Notes: generated by a model not told the origin, from the letters alone. A DNA stretch of 64,000 bases from Amoeboaphelidium protococcarum X5 (GCA_023515725.1 JALDTO010000214.1:124001-188000); one strand, 5' to 3'; positions 1 through 13,166 are shown, numbered from the stretch's first letter. Numbers and translations are program-made.

Positions 1-98
1 GTTCGCTGCACTGTAAAAGCATTTCTTCTCGATGATAGCTGAGATGCATATCGCCTTTAAGCTAACGACAAAATACAAGATAATCTGGATTATATCAT
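1..98 (-). CDS. 5' end of a gene running off the window; mitochondrial presequence-like N-terminus
   Basis: ATG at 98 gives MIQSRLSCILSLAQRRYASQLSSRRNAFTVQR (TAA=Q): Arg/Ser-rich, no acidic residues, RRY-AS cleavage-like motif. Confidence 0.45.
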
Positions 99-705
99 CT
101 CAATTACAGAGTATGTGGTTATTGTTGTTGATGCTTTTTAACCTGAATCAATCTGGGCGAAAGAAAGAAGGAGGAAAGAAAGGTTTAATCAACGACGAGA
201 GAGACAGTCCTCACAAGAAGATTTCAGATCGCTCGTCGCAATAAAAAATTGTTGGAGCTAATTCGTATTTACTTAAAAGAGCATTATCAACACTCACTTT
301 TAGTATGCTCAGAAGAATTATAGTCACGATGTGAGAACAAAGTTACAATTAGCTGATTGAAATCCAAACGCATCTTCACATAAGAAGCTAAACTCAATAT
401 GACTCACATGTCATACACGCCGTGTACACAGAGAGAAACAAGTCGCGCTCTGCTATCTTATGTTATGCTGACGATGTAAGACTGCGTAATGTATGATACT
501 TAGACGGCATGGTGATGAAACTCTCAAAACAAATCTTTGACGCGTGAGTCTTGGCCGTCGCCGAGTGATTCCATCAAACAAATCTCATCACCCGGTTGCC
601 ATTTAAAATTGTTTCAACTGTCAGTCCTCCCTCTCTTCTTAACTATTACGATATCTGAAAATCTGATACATTTATAAACTTGTTTGCTGTTTTAATATCT
701 ATTCC

Positions 706-1422
706 ATGATGAATTTCAAAGTTGTATTGGTTGCTTTTGTGGGCTTATTTAGCGTGGCTGAGGCTGGTGTCTTTGGTATCTCTACTCCTAACACGGCAAC
801 TCAGGGCGACAATCTGTTCCTTAGCTGGCGTTATCAAGAGCAGGATGGTGCATCGGATACGATTCAGTTTCAGATTGTGAGTGGTCCTGCAGAGAACATT
901 GATGTCGTTGGTTAGCTGTGTGAGGATCAAGAAATCTTTGTCAGTGATCTGCAAGTATCATGCACATTCCCTTTCATTGAACCAAAGTCTGAGTACGCTA
1001 TTCGCTCTGTGCAACAAGTCAATGGTTAGAATTTGTATGCCTACTCTGGTCGCTTTGCTGTCAGTGCTGGCTCCACTACTTCCACATCAACTAGTACCTC
1101 ATCTGACGCTTCTTCCTCTAGCAGTAGCAGCAGCAGCTCTTCAGAAACTGTCACCACGTCAACTTCAGAGGCGAGTGAAACGGTTTCAGACGCGTCCATC
1201 ACCACTACGCCATACTTCACCTCTGTGATCATGACTACAAGCATCATGTCCGATTCTACCAAGGTGAAGACTGTCATGACTACCGGAACTACAGTTACTC
1301 CTACTACTTCTGTAAATGCTACTGCCGAAGGTAATGACGTAAACAGTTCTTCCAGTTCTATTAACGCGCTCCTGTCTATAACTTTTGTGGCTCTGTCCTC
1401 CGCTTGGATGTTATTGCTATGA
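706..1422 (+). CDS. Secreted Ser/Thr-rich, probably GPI-anchored surface protein (238 aa)
   Basis: ORFs 706 and 1033 join in frame through TAG=Q; signal peptide, small globular domain, S/T-rich stalk, hydrophobic C-terminal tail; TGA stop. Confidence 0.8.
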
Positions 1423-1601
1423 GATGCAAACTTTTGATACGATGACCAACACTGCATGAATATGATACGAGATGAATTGAGTAATGAGATTGACATTTTT
1501 AATCCTTATTCTACTTCGTGGATGATGACAATCTCTGTTTTTGTTCTTTGATTCGATCACCGAAAGTTATCTCAAACTTTTAGTCATACGACCGATTAGT
1601 T

Positions 1602-2591
1602 ATGAATCTTCTACATGCATCTTATAGACATCCGGTGGCTCGTGAATGGTAGAAGCAGTACGCTTTTAAAGCTGAGAATATGATGTACCCAGTGTTTGTG
1701 ATGGATTAACGCGATTCTAAATAAGAGATCGAGTCAATGCCTGGTCAATATCGCTACGGAATAAATAATGTTGTGGTGGAACTTGAACCGCTGATTAACA
1801 ATGGCTTGTCTTCAATTATACTCTTCCCTGTGGTGACTGATAGTTCTATCAAGAGATCAGACCCGTCCGCTGCTATAAATTCCAATCATCTGTGTGATGT
1901 GATACCTTTGATCAAAAAGGCTTATCCTAAGCTTTTTATCGCTTGCGACGTGTGTCTCTGTGCGTGGACTGACCATGGCCATTGCGGCGTTCTGGATAAA
2001 TACGGCCATATGGATAATATAAAAACTACACAGGCTCTTGCCTTAATGGCGTCTAGACTTGCCAGCGCTGGAGCAGATTGTATAGCTCCATCTGATATGT
2101 CAGACGGACGCGTCAAGTCTATTAAAGATCAGTTGATCGCTGATGGATTTGGAAGCTCTGTATTGTTGATGAGCTACAGTGCTAAATTTGCCAGCGCTTT
2201 CTATGGTCCTTTCCGAGATGCTGCTTAATCAAGCCCCGCCGAGGGAGATCGTAAATGTTATCAACTGCCGGCAGGTGCGAAAGGACTGGCCATGCGTGCA
2301 ATACATCGAGATGTACAAGAAGGCGCGGATATTGTCATGGTTAAGCCTGGGTATCCGTATCTAGATGTTGTGTCTGATGCCAAACAGATGGCTCCAAACC
2401 ATGCCATAGCTGTCTACCAAGTGTCGGGTGAGTATTCAATGCTGTATCACGCTGCGAATACATTTGGCCTTGTGGATTATTAGTCAGGTGTTATGGAAGC
2501 TATCGAAGCTTACGCCAGAGCTGGTGCTACAGTCATTATCAGTTACTTTACTCCTTAAGTTTTGTTATGGCTGAAGCAATGTTAAAAGTGA
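1602..2591 (+). CDS. HEM2: Porphobilinogen synthase (delta-aminolevulinate dehydratase)
   Basis: Motifs [54 protein letters not shown]; one frame with TAR=Q. Confidence 0.97.
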
Positions 2592-2725
2592 CGATATATA
2601 TATCGAGCGATAGCAGATCACTTACTGCACTGTTCGTTCTTCAAGTTCTACTTGGCAATGAAAATAGTAGAAACTGCTACTGATACATTTGATCTTATAT
2701 TATAACCCCAATTCAACTTTAATTA
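2497..2725 (+). repeat. Direct repeat copy A: HEM2 3' end plus downstream spacer
   Basis: cttacgccagagctggt at 2509 and 4330; tactgatacat at 2678 and 4477; intervening sequence alignable by eye. Confidence 0.8.
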
Positions 2726-3121
2726 ATATTCATACACAGCAACAGCATCAACACAATCACTTTCCACTTTATCTGACAACCATCCTTCAAATGGTTTCGC
2801 CAACTTTGACTCTCCTTCTATCGCATTGAAGACGGGTTTAAAGCAGTCCAGCGCCTCACGCTAATCTTCACCTAAGTTGTCACACACAATGGAGTAGACT
2901 TCCTCCCAACTCATGTGTCTAAACCGCGCAGTCAGGCCAAGATGTCCTTACTTAACTCTCGAGCGTTTGATATAATTAGCCTCCGGAAGAACCCCCAGAG
3001 TCTATAGATTTGAGTAGGAATGCTTCTCCTTAACGAGATCCTGATATCTAAATATCATATCCGCAGCCACCATGTGAGCTTCTTCGGATAAAATCTTCTC
3101 TTCAAGAAATTATATCTTCAT
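2618..3121 (-). CDS. Hypothetical protein (167 aa) inside the ~1.8 kb islet
   Basis: ATG..TGA open frame MKIQFLEEKILSEEAHMVAADMIFRYQ...; no recognisable family; C-terminus runs into repeat copy A. Confidence 0.5.
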
Positions 3122-3339
3122 TTTCAACTCTTGAGTTTACCAATTTTTATGCCGATATCCTCATATTTAAATCAGATACTTACAAATCTAGACCTGGTAT
3201 CCTACTAGCATACGAAGATACATTATCGCGTAAGATTATATTATGATCACATGATTTGAGATACAGTCTTCTTAACAGCTTATTTTGGGCTTGAATTGAC
3301 ATTTCATCCAATTTTTCAATCATACGTCTCTATAACTTG

Positions 3340-4209
3340 AATGGACGCAGATTGTAAATTTATACCAACACGGCGTGTTTCTTTTCTCTACTCTCCGTCT
3401 ACATACCTTCCGTTAGTAGAGCTTGGATACTAGAACGACTTGAAACATTATCACCACGGCTATATACTTTGGAGTCAGAGCTAAAGGAAGACGTACCGCT
3501 TCAGTGTAGACGTCTGGCAGTGTAATATCGATTAGAGAAACAGAATGAGAATCTGTAAGGTGTAAATGAACGCATCAAATTAGAAGCAAAAGGCTTTAAC
3601 AACATCTTTCGCAGCATTTTTTCAAATTAGACGTAATATGATATCAACAATATAATGTGGTAACGCGTTTTGGCTGTGTAGTATTATGAGCAAATGAAGA
3701 ATTTCAGATCGTTTCACCCGATAAAGCCAAGCAAAAGAGAGGCTACCGTAATCTAGGTGAAACGACGCGAGCGGTGTAGGGAGACTCCATTGTCTAAATG
3801 CTAGTTGACTGTGAACTTGCATTTCAAAAGACGTGTTCTGCAATGAATAGAATACAGAGAGCTAGGGGTGTCCGTTGGCATTATGTTTATTTAGTGCTAC
3901 GAGCATAGGTGGGTTTGTGATGACACCTTAAGGTTGGGAACAAAAGTAGATACGTTGCAATGTGGGCAAGATCTAGAGAATCTAACTTGGCAGAACATCA
4001 ATTGCAATCAGTTGAGATTACAAACACTATATAACAAATTCAATAATGGGATGTCACAGAATACAGTGCGTAATAAAATTCAGAACAAAGCTATAGAAAT
4101 ATAGATATTTGCACTTCTTACTGGATCTCGATACTCTTAGCTTAAAACGGTAATGACAATCCCGAGATTTCCATATGACCGGATAAGCAGATTTTTACAC
4201 CTATTCTGA
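3340..4209 (+). pseudogene. Probable degenerate gene (~290 codons, helical/coiled-coil-like)
   Basis: One frame (RAWILERLETLSPRLYTLESELKE...RFLHLF) broken only by TGA at 3844; no in-frame start ATG found at the 5' end. Confidence 0.35.
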
Positions 4210-4316
4210 TAATGAAACTTGTGACCAGGGGCTCATCATTATTGTAAATGGAATGACAGCTCCAAGCTGTCTGTAAGTTTTAAGGTAGCCAGGCGTTAAT
4301 TACTTCTAGTAAGGAG

Positions 4317-4525
4317 TAAGCTTATGAACCTTACGCCAGAGCTGGTTCTACGGTCAGTATCAATTGCTTTACTCCTCATGTAAAGAAATGACTCATGCGC
4401 TTATAATGGTGGTGTTGTATATCAAATGCTTAGCTATCTATGTGCGTTCTAAGAGGCAAATAAATGTAACGAGTGTTACTGATACATCTGTTCTTATACA
4501 TATAACTCAATTCAATATAATAATA
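4317..4525 (+). repeat. Direct repeat copy B: decayed HEM2 C-terminal fragment plus spacer
   Basis: Translates EPYARAGSTVSINCFTPHV versus HEM2 [19 protein letters not shown]. Confidence 0.8.
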
Positions 4526-4528
4526 AGA

Positions 4529-5178
4529 TCAGAACAAGATGCATCCACCAGACTTCTTTTTACCTTTACCAGCTCCAGCGCCAGCCTTGGACTTGATCTT
4601 CCAAATTTCTCTAATCAGCTAATGGAATGACTCGCTTACATTGATGTTGCTCTACAAATAAAATTATTATTACATTATGACAATCACAAGATATGAAATT
4701 AAACACTTACTTTAGCTGAAGTTTCAATGTACGGACACTTGACACCAGTGCACCACTCCTTGGCCTGCTCCTTGTCCACCTCTCTCTTATCCTCCATATC
4801 GCATTTGTTACCGGCAACAACAAACGGCACCTTTGTGGTATTCCTCATGTTCACGATGGATTCACGCAACTGTTTAGTCTCCTAGAAAGAGTTCTTATCA
4901 TTGATAGCAAACACCAACAGAAAGGCTTCTCCAGACATCAAATGCTAGTCTCTGAGAGCAGTGTACTCTTGCTGACCAGCAGTATCCACAATGTTTATCG
5001 TGACCGGCACATCATCCACAGTGATATTCTTGCGGTAATTCTCTTCAATAGTAGGATCGTACTCATTACTAAACTCATCCTTCAAAAATCTAATACTCAG
5101 ACAAGACTTTCCAACACCACCACTGCCCACAACCACGACACTATGAGACTCTGCTTATGCTTTCACTGGAGGAGCCAT
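4529..5178 (-). CDS. Ras-family small GTPase
   Basis: GSGGVGKS, YDPTIEENY, DTAGQ, NKCD, ETSAK, CaaX CILF; intron 4652-4710. Confidence 0.95.
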
Positions 5179-5440
5179 TTATTATTCCAACACTATCTAC
5201 TAGCTCTTTTTATTGAAGCTATCAAAATGAACAAATGAACAATAATACTACTCAAAGAACCGACTGAATAAAATATTCTACTTGAACTTTACACAGCAAT
5301 GTGGCACTATTTACTAGCTCTGGAATTAAGTCAAAATACAGTAGCGCTAGATGCCACTCTGTTATTCTGAATTCTGTTTCGAGGTGAACAAGGAAACAGT
5401 TAAGCGTTGCCGTCGTTGAATGTTTCTCTTCTCTTTGCCG

Positions 5441-5459
5441 CTCTCTCTCTCTCTCTCTC
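5441..5459 (+). repeat. (CT)n microsatellite in the Ras/HOM2 divergent promoter
   Basis: ctctctctctctctctctc. Confidence 0.8.
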
Positions 5460-5855
5460 GCTTTGGTTTGAATTTACGAAGAATCAATTGGTAAAGTTTC
5501 AACGCCCGTTGTCAAGAAACATTCAAGTGCTGTGCAATGCGCTGCGATGAAGATAACATACTATCACTTCGGAGTCCGCAATTTATATATTTTAAATTCT
5601 TATTTTTCCTATAGCACACGTGTACTGCATTTTATTTATTCCCTCTGAAATTATTCTATCTAACGCAAGTTATTGTAAATGAATTGTTCACACGCGCAAG
5701 CAATTGGCTAAAATCATTCTTGTCCAACTCGTTTCCCTTAAGTCGTTCGCTGCTAAGCCATTTGTGTTAAACTCGTTTGATTGAAATTTAGAAAGACTCA
5801 GCACACTCGCGTTCTGATTGACCATTCATAAATAAACCGTATTTTCTATCATACA

Positions 5856-6926
5856 ATGTCTACTGAAAAGATCAAGTGTGGTATTTTAGGGGCGACTGGA
5901 ATGGTTGGTCAAAGATTCATTCAATTGCTGGAATCCCATCCGTGGTTCGAAGTGGGAGCTGTTGGTGCATCATTCAAGTCTGCTGGAATGCCCTATGTCG
6001 AAGCGTGTAAGCAGTGGAAGTTGGACACTAGTATCCCCGCACAAGTCGCAAGTCTTCAAGTATAGCTTTGTGAGCCTTAAAACTTCACTGGGTGTCGCGT
6101 CATATTCTCCGGACTGGACAGTGATGTTGCCGGCGAGATTGAATAAGAGTTTAGACGGAGCGGATTCGCAGTGTTTAGCAACGCCAAGAGCCACCGCATG
6201 GATGAGTTGGTACCTCTTGCCGTGCCATTGGTCAATCCTTAGCATATGCAAATGGTTAAGCATTAGTAGGCAGTGTTACAACTTTAGAATTGTGGTTTTA
6301 TCGTGACAAATGCCAACTGTTCCTCCACAGGCTTGGTGGTTCCCTTGAAAGCTCTTCATGACGCCTATGGATTACAGCAAGTTCATGTATGTACAATGCA
6401 AGCAATCAGTGGCGCAGGATATCCTGGAGTTAGTGCTATGGACATTGTGGGTAATGTGATTCCATACATTGGAGATGAAGAGCATAAGATTGAGACCGAG
6501 CCTCTAAAGATTCTAGGTGAGTTGAGTGGGAATAAGTTCATTGATCAGAAGATTATGATTGATGCCGTGTGTCATCGAGTACCCGTTATAGATGGCCACA
6601 CTGAGACGGTCTCAATCAAGTTCTTAAAACCTCCTAAGGATATTAATGAAGTGTCCAAGGTTCTTAGAGAGTACAAGTGTGAAGCCTAAAGTTTAAATCT
6701 TCCATCTGCACCTGAGAAATGTATTATAGTTCGAGATGAAAGCAATAGACCTCAGCCACGACTGGATCTGATGAATGAACGTGGATTTGCGGTCACTGTT
6801 GGTAGATTGAGGAAGGGGAATTATTGGGAGTTGACATTTACTTTACTGTCTCATAATACTATTCTAGGTGCCGCTGGAAGTGCCATTATGAATGCCGAGT
6901 ATGCACAAAAGAAGGGTCTTTTATGA
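5856..6926 (+). CDS. HOM2: Aspartate-semialdehyde dehydrogenase
   Basis: [18 protein letters not shown] (catalytic Cys), [28 protein letters not shown]. Confidence 0.96.
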
Positions 6927-7134
6927 TAATCTATTTCAGAAATATTCATATAAGTGTTCACTGTTGTTGATCATGACACATTTATACGTACAATCTTTAC
7001 CTTATTCGGTACATTAAATCTCTTTTAGTTACGCGTCGCGTTATTACCAGTTGTTTAATTGACGCTCATTAACTAGAAATTTTTAGTAAAACTTACCAAC
7101 TTTTCTCTGTTACAACTTGGAGAAAGCAGTTAAG

Positions 7135-8196
7135 ATGAGCAAGACTGTTAGAGTTAGAGTCCCCGCTTCATCGGCCAATATTGGATGTGCGTTCGATACT
7201 GCTGGCATTGCATTGAACCTTTTTTTAACTGTTGAAGTCAGCACTGTCACCACTGCCGGATATTTGATTGAATGCTCTGGCACTGAGTCTGCCGGCATCA
7301 GTCATGGCGAAGACAATCTAATTCTACAGGCGTTCTTATATCTATACTCTAGAGTCGCTTTGAAGTAAACAGACTTATGGACAGGTGGTCAGTATTCAGT
7401 CAATATTTTACCAAGCGGACTCCGCATGAAGATTGACAACCAAGTTCCTTTATCTCGTGGTCTTGGATCGTCTGCGTCTGCAATAGTAGCAGGTATGATG
7501 GCTTGTAATGAAATTTACGATCTCAAGTTGGATCGGCACACGCTATTTGATTATATTCTAGAAGTTGAAAGTCATCCTGATAACGTGGGTGCCTGTCTAT
7601 TTGGCGGCCTTGTTATTGGATATAATCGCAGTGATGAGGAGAGGTAGTAAACAAGTAATGATGGTACAATTAGACATCTCTGTGGATTTTAAAAGCTCTC
7701 ATGGAACTCTAATATTAAGTTGGTGGTGGTCATTCCTGAATATTAATTAAGTACTTCTGAAGCGCGTAAAGCATTGCCAGAGTTTTATTCTCGTGCAGCC
7801 ACGGTATAGAATTTGCAACGGATGGCGGTCTTTGTTGCAATGTTATCACGGAAAGAGCACAGCAGTATTGACCGTGACTTGGCATTGGACATGTATGAAC
7901 TTCTTAAAGATAAGATACATTAGCCGTATCGATCGCCGCTCGTTCCAGGCCTCACTTATATGCTCTCTAACATGAATCCTGTTAACACGCCGGGGCTTAT
8001 TGGCATCGTATTAAGTGGTGCTGGACCTTCAATACTCGCGCTCTGCTACGACAACTCTGAAGATGCAATTGGATCCAAAATGGTGGAGATTGTGCAGTCA
8101 CAGGATGCGTCTTAGTTTGGAGTTAGCTAGATTAAAGCGAGATTTGTAAAGTTGCAGGTGGTTGACGAAGGCGCTGTAGTACTACATGATGATTGA
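7135..8196 (+). CDS. THR1: Homoserine kinase
   Basis: VRVPASSANIG, PLSRGLGSSASA, ESHPDNV, DKIHQPYR, LSGAGPS. Confidence 0.95.
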
Positions 8197-8406
8197 GTAA
8201 AGTTGAGCCACATTTCATACCTTTTAAATACTCGATTTTGATAAACAATAGCATGCCCCATTTTCGCGCACTAATCACCCGGATGGATAATCTCTATTTC
8301 GCGTCGCGTGTTGTTTTGTTTCAGGCCTCTGACTGTTCGATACTACTTACCTCTTTTAACCTCATACACATACTCATTACCGGAACATTGACCATAATTT
8401 TCCAAG

Positions 8407-10024
8407 ATGACTCTAAAGTATGATATCGTATGCTAATGCAGTCTTACTCTAATTGGCTGTAAATGTAGCTAATTGGATTCATTGCAAGAACAAGCTGAAA
8501 CAGTCTATGGTAAAGTGGATGACCTACAGCTAGACTTGGAGAGTGTGTAAGACAAGAAGTAAAAGCTTAAGGTAACATCAACTATTGGGAATGTATAGTT
8601 CATTTGCAATATCTCGTATACGGTGTAGGAATAATTCACGATGGCTCAAGAAAAGTTTATAAAGTCTTAGACTATGAAGTTATTTTTGGAGGAGTTGATG
8701 AAGGTTGATCCCTCAAAGTCTACTGAGCAGTTTGACACGTTACAAAGCAGTATGGTTTCAACATACTTTATTAATGACACCATCATAAGCTGTCATCAAA
8801 TGTAGGCGCAGATGTAAAGAAACTGTCCGAGGCGTATCAAGAAATTATTGATTAGATGGGAAGCTCACGTAAAGAAGTTTATGACGGGCTTGATCAGATT
8901 TAAATTACGCGCGAAGAGATCAACAAGCGCATGGCTGAAACAAATTAGATTTTGGCTGATAATATTCATAAGGTATTTTGCGCAACCATTATCATCAGTT
9001 CATTTTAATTATTCTCTGGTAGAGCAATGAAGTTAAACACCTGGTTGAGGTGGAAAAGATTTTTGAAAGGCCTACTCTGCAGCAGGTTGAACAGGAGGTT
9101 GAGTAGCAGGTATTTTATACATCTAACAGACCATTGTCAATATAAAGATCATAATCTATCGCGTAGAACAAGGAAAGAATTGCACTGGAAGGGCAATTGA
9201 ACGACATGACGGGAGAACTGTATGAGAGCAGCGCGAAGAAGGAAGAATTGGAATCTGAAATTCAAGCTTTGAAACAGAATTTACTTATGAAACAGTAAGC
9301 ATTAGACGATCAGCGCATCTAGAATGAAAAGTTTAAGCAGAAGTCTGAATCTTTGCGTGTAAAGTATGAGAGCTGTTTGCAATTTCTGGAGAGACATCTT
9401 GGGTATCAGTTGGCTATTGATTCTGAGCAGAATGTGATGACTGTTTAGTTTGAGAGCGGCACTTAAAAAGCGACTACTGCTATAATTGACTTCGCTTAGG
9501 ACTTGTCTGTCAATCAAGTCAAGGTATGTATTTTAAATAAGCGTCAGTCTGTAAATTAGTAATGTATTGTAGTGGGACTCAAACTTTCCTCTGGATGATA
9601 TAACTGCAAATGTAAAGCAGGCCAGTCTGCATATGCTGATCATTCAACTGCAGTCACGCCTACGCACGTTTGAGAGACGTCTGCACGAGGTGGAGAATTT
9701 GAAGAAACAATATCGCGTGGATTATAACGTTGCCAAACATCCAGACACTATGATTGTGCAAAAGAAGGACGTGATTTTGGCTTTGAAATTGGATCGCTGG
9801 TATCCTATGGATCTCTCCATAGTCACAGGCGGCGAAAGTAATAGCGGATTTGAGTTAATTAATGTATAGCCAACATCAATTGCTGATAAAGTGCAGGTAA
9901 GCTTCGTTTTAGCGTTAGACTCATAGTCTTATTTTTTGTGCACGGTGACTTGTAGGACGTTCAAAAATCTAATAACTTCAGCACGGTCACCGAGATGGTA
10001 GCTCATGTCATGAAAGCTGTATGA
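8407..10024 (+). CDS. Coiled-coil protein with C-terminal RWD-like region; possible kinetochore (Zwint/Kre28-like) subunit
   Basis: 8 exons; introns 8418-8468, 8572-8628, 8750-8805, 8973-9022, 9110-9166, 9524-9572, 9897-9955 give one open frame; heptad-rich N-half; LKLDRWYP motif. The function is inference. Confidence 0.6.
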
Positions 10025-10073
10025 ATGAACTCGTATACAAAGGTACGTCGATAATGAACATGTTTAAATCAAG

Positions 10074-10394
10074 TCAAAATGCATCTCCTTCATAGTTTGG
10101 AATTAGAACGGAAACTGACGCGCCATTTAGCAGCATTTCCGGGCATTTTCTAATAGAACTTTAACCGTCAGATTTAATCTCCTTCTCTTATACGTCACTC
10201 AGGACTATGTTTACGAATTCATCAAATCCCACCAGATTCCCAATAATTTCACTCTAATCCTTTAGTACTATCCACAATCTCTTTCCAATTGACTTATCCA
10301 TAAGCTCTACATTAGATGCATCACTCAGAGACTATAAAGCTATCGATAAATCAGGTAATATAAATATACCTAAAGGCAATACTATGTTGTCCAT
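10074..10394 (-). CDS. LSM5: U6 snRNA-associated Sm-like protein LSm5
   Basis: MDNIVLPL|ELMDKSIGKRLWIVLKDQSEIIGNLVGFDEFVNIVL...MLLNG; intron 10307-10369; absent from the ORF track. Confidence 0.9.
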
Positions 10395-10774
10395 ACTGTA
10401 TTCAACAAGAAGCTTGGCGCGATACACAAATAGGCACTAAAATGAAAGCTAATCGCCGTGCTGATTGAGAAGGAAAAGAGAGATTTAGAACGCGTCTGTT
10501 TGAGCTAAATCTGTAACTATCAAATTGTTGGAACAGTGTGGGGATATGCAGACAGAAATGTTTGAAGTACCTGTTTATTCAATTCATAGCTGGAACACTG
10601 CAGGATGAATGGTAATCATATTCTTTCCATCATGTTCGCCCATGATCTTTAACCTTCTACGTGCGATAAATTGAGAGAGCTCTGATCGAGCATTGGTGAT
10701 TTCTTCGCGCAGATTGTTTTATCATTATATTACTCGCGTCATATTAAAATAAACCGCTGATATTGATATTAGTA

Positions 10775-13057
10775 ATGCTGCGCGTAATTAAAAACTAGTA
10801 ATTATTAAAAGGAAAGAAGCTCATAGTAAACACAGCTTACTTGAACACTGCTAGGCATTTCGCTGTTGGTAAATAAGGATTTAGACTGAGAACAGATTAG
10901 AATGCGGGTGGTAAGTTCCCAGCGCTGTCTCAATATGCTGCAGATTTGACAGAGCTGGCATAGTAAGGTAAGCTGGATCCCGTCATTGGCAGAGAGGAGG
11001 AAATTAGAAGGACCATCTAAGTTTTATCACGTCGTACCAAGAACAATCCAGTGTTGATCGGCGAGGCTGGTGTCGGTAAAACTGCCATCATTGAAGGTTT
11101 AGCTCAGCGTATTGCAAAAGGTGAGGTGCCAGACTCAATCAAGGATAAGAAGGTGTTTGCTCTAGATTTGGGATCCCTCATTGCAGGTGCCAAGTACCGA
11201 GGTGAGTTTGAGGATAGATTGAAGGCTGTATTGAAGGATATCACTGATTCGGAGGGACAGGTGATTCTATTCGTGGATGAGATGCATATGCTCTTAGGCT
11301 TGGGCAAGGCAGAAGGCTCTATGGACGCTGGTAATATGCTGAAGCCAATGTTGGCGCGCGGCAAGTTTTATTGCTGTGGAGCCACCACTATTGATGAATA
11401 TCGAAAGTACATCGAGAAGGACGCTGCTCTGGCGCGTAGATTTCAAGCGATCATGGTCGATGAGCCGACTGTGGAAGATACAATCACTATTCTCCGTGGC
11501 TTGCGCGATAAGTATGAAGTTCATCATGGAGTGTAAATTGCCGATAATGCATTAGTGTCTGCTGCTGTTAATTCAAAGCGCTATATCGCGGATAGATTTC
11601 TACCAGACAAGGCGGTGGATTTAGTGGATGAAGCGTGTAGTAAACTGCGAATGGAGCAGGAATCAAAACCAGAATCTATTGAATAGCTGGATAGATCTAT
11701 CATCACAATGCAGATTGAACTGGAATCTTTGAAAAAGGAAACCGATCCTGCCAGTGTGTAACGACGTGAATTACTTGCTGAGTAGATTAGGGAGAAGTAG
11801 GGTCAATCCAGAGAGCTCAGCGAGAAGTGGCAGCAACAGAAGGAGAGATTGGATGTGATCAAAGAGAAGAAGATGGAATTAGAGCGTGCGCGTCATGATT
11901 TGGAACTTGCATCTAGAAGTGGAGATCTTGGCCGTGCAAGTGAACTCCGTTATGGTGTTATTCCGCAGTTGGAGGCTTCGATTCCAAAGGTTGATACACT
12001 GGATGAAGACGCTGTTGATGAAGGTGAAGATTTGATGGTGAGGGAGAAGGTGACGAGTCGAGACATAGCTAATGTTGTCAGTCGAGCCACAGGTATTCCC
12101 GTGTCGAATTTAATGCGAGGTGAGAGGGAGAAATTGATCCATATGGAGGAAGCTCTGACGCGTCGAGTAGTTGGTCAAGATGAAGCTATTAGAGCTGTGG
12201 CGCAGGCTGTTCGTTTATCTCGTGCTGGACTTCATGCTGGTAACCGACCTATCGCATCATTCATGTTTTTAGGTGGTACTGGAGTTGGTAAGACGGAGCT
12301 GTGTAAGGCTCTAGCAGAATTCTTATTTAATACGGAGAATGCCATTACAAGGATTGATATGAGTGAGTACATGGAAAAGCATTCCGTGAGTAAGCTCATA
12401 GGTGCTCCTGCAGGCTATGTGGGATACGAAGAATCTGGACAGCTGACTGAGGCTATGCGCAGGAAACCGTACTCCATCTTGATGTTGGATGAATTTGAAA
12501 AGGCTCATAGGGATGTATCCAATCTTCTCCTTCAGGTGTTGGATGAAGGACATTTGACTGATAACAAAGGACGCAAGATTGATTTCAGGAACGCTATGAT
12601 TATAATGACTAGTAATTTGGGTTCGGAAGTGCTGGCAGAGTAAGCCACATCCAGCTCTGATAGTGGCATAGTTCCTGATTTCCAGAAATAGGAAGTATTT
12701 GAAGTTGTAAGACGTCACTACTCTCCAGAGTTTATAAACAGAATAGATGACCTGATTGTGTTCAACAGACTAGACCGCAAAGTGCTTAGAGATATCCTTG
12801 AGCTGCGTCTGGGTGACGTTTCTAAGAGACTAGAGAGCCGTCAGTTGAAGATGGAAGTGTCTGAATAAGCCAAGAAATGGCTAGCTGATCAGGGATATGA
12901 TCCAGTGTATGGCGCAAGACCTCTAAATCGTCTTATCCAAAAGCAGTTGCTCAATCCAATGTCTATGCTAATACTGGAGGGAAACATTAAGAATGGCGAT
13001 ACTTTTATGGTTGACACTGATAAGGATGACGGTATCAAGATAAGTAAGAAGATTTGA
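10775..13057 (+). CDS. HSP78: Mitochondrial ClpB-type disaggregase Hsp78
   Basis: Basic presequence, no Clp-N domain, [43 protein letters not shown]. Confidence 0.93.
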
Positions 13058-13166
13058 TGACTGTGGGGTATTGCTGTTTGTGGAATGGACCAGAGTATTA
13101 TCAGATAGAATATCACTGAATTTTTAATAAAGAGAAATTGTATAGCTTTCTTATAATTCAATCTTC

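Noticed and set aside
1041-1496. 151-aa minus ORF and similar antisense ORFs (11104, 12323, 19537, 27295, 29059, 42317)
   Set aside because: They lie opposite well-supported genes and have no independent coding signal.
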